A stretch of 32,000 nucleotides of DNA, taken from the NCBI RefSeq assembly GCF_900199515.1, contig NZ_LT963434.1:633272-665271 (forward strand), in the 5' to 3' direction. The notes under the pieces are model-generated. The model did no database searches. It saw nothing but the letters and a program-made list of their open reading frames with translations, and had not been told where the DNA came from. The translations under genes and the position numbers were made by a program. Source of the DNA: Massilicoli timonensis. Its GTDB lineage: Bacteria > Bacillota_I > Bacilli_A > Erysipelotrichales > Erysipelotrichaceae. How positions within the stretch are numbered: the first letter of the stretch is position 1; each line of letters starts with the position of its first letter. Of the stretch, positions 31,957 through 32,000 are shown piece by piece.

Positions 31957-32000
31957 CATTTGCGCTCCTGATCCTTTCTTTTGCGTGGATGATGCACTTG

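Noticed and set aside
1-32000. Mobile elements, prophage, CRISPR arrays, defence islands, rRNA
   Set aside because: No direct or inverted terminal repeats, spacer-repeat arrays, integrase, transposase, RT, nuclease or ATPase defence-type ORFs were seen. Every ORF of 100 codons or more that I accept has a housekeeping-type assignment or is listed above.

Overview
Gene-dense 32-kb chromosomal segment from a low-GC Gram-positive, anaerobe-type genome (Bacillota). Support: AGGAGG/AGGGG Shine-Dalgarno sites, a sortase-type sorting signal, rubrerythrin and a type III glutamine synthetase. I call 27 protein genes (24 on the minus strand) plus a tRNA-Cys/tRNA-Leu operon. I saw no rRNA, CRISPR array, transposase, integrase or phage genes. 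Gene content is mostly housekeeping: a GT4/flippase-like/GT4 glycolipid operon, a DEAD-box helicase, a PHP phosphatase, HAD-trxA, ybaK and three GNATs. It continues with ktrAB, a rubredoxin-like protein plus rubrerythrin, GS-III, an AI-2E transporter, esterase plus ATP-grasp, and an HprK/PEPCK-like P-loop protein. The last block is a U32-U32-proS operon, tex, and an ECF sigma factor with a membrane partner. Two features are not explained by the ORFs. (1) Four paralogous, about 105-127 nt, promoter-to-terminator units sit as two tandem pairs in the two largest ORF-free gaps (7.06-7.43 kb and 20.0-20.35 kb). They have covarying hairpins, UCCCC(U) motifs in loops, and an invariant 17-mer whose complement reads SD-spacer-AUG. 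I interpret them as a sibling family of C-rich anti-RBS small RNAs, resembling LhrC/RsaE in architecture only. (2) A G10 homopolymer lies inside the spacer of a perfect TTGACA/TATAAT promoter that drives a 702-aa sortase-anchored surface protein. This predicts a slipped-strand phase-variation switch. The 5' UTR of that mRNA also carries an 11-nt match to the sRNA core. All calls come from reading the sequence and ORF translations; no searches were run.
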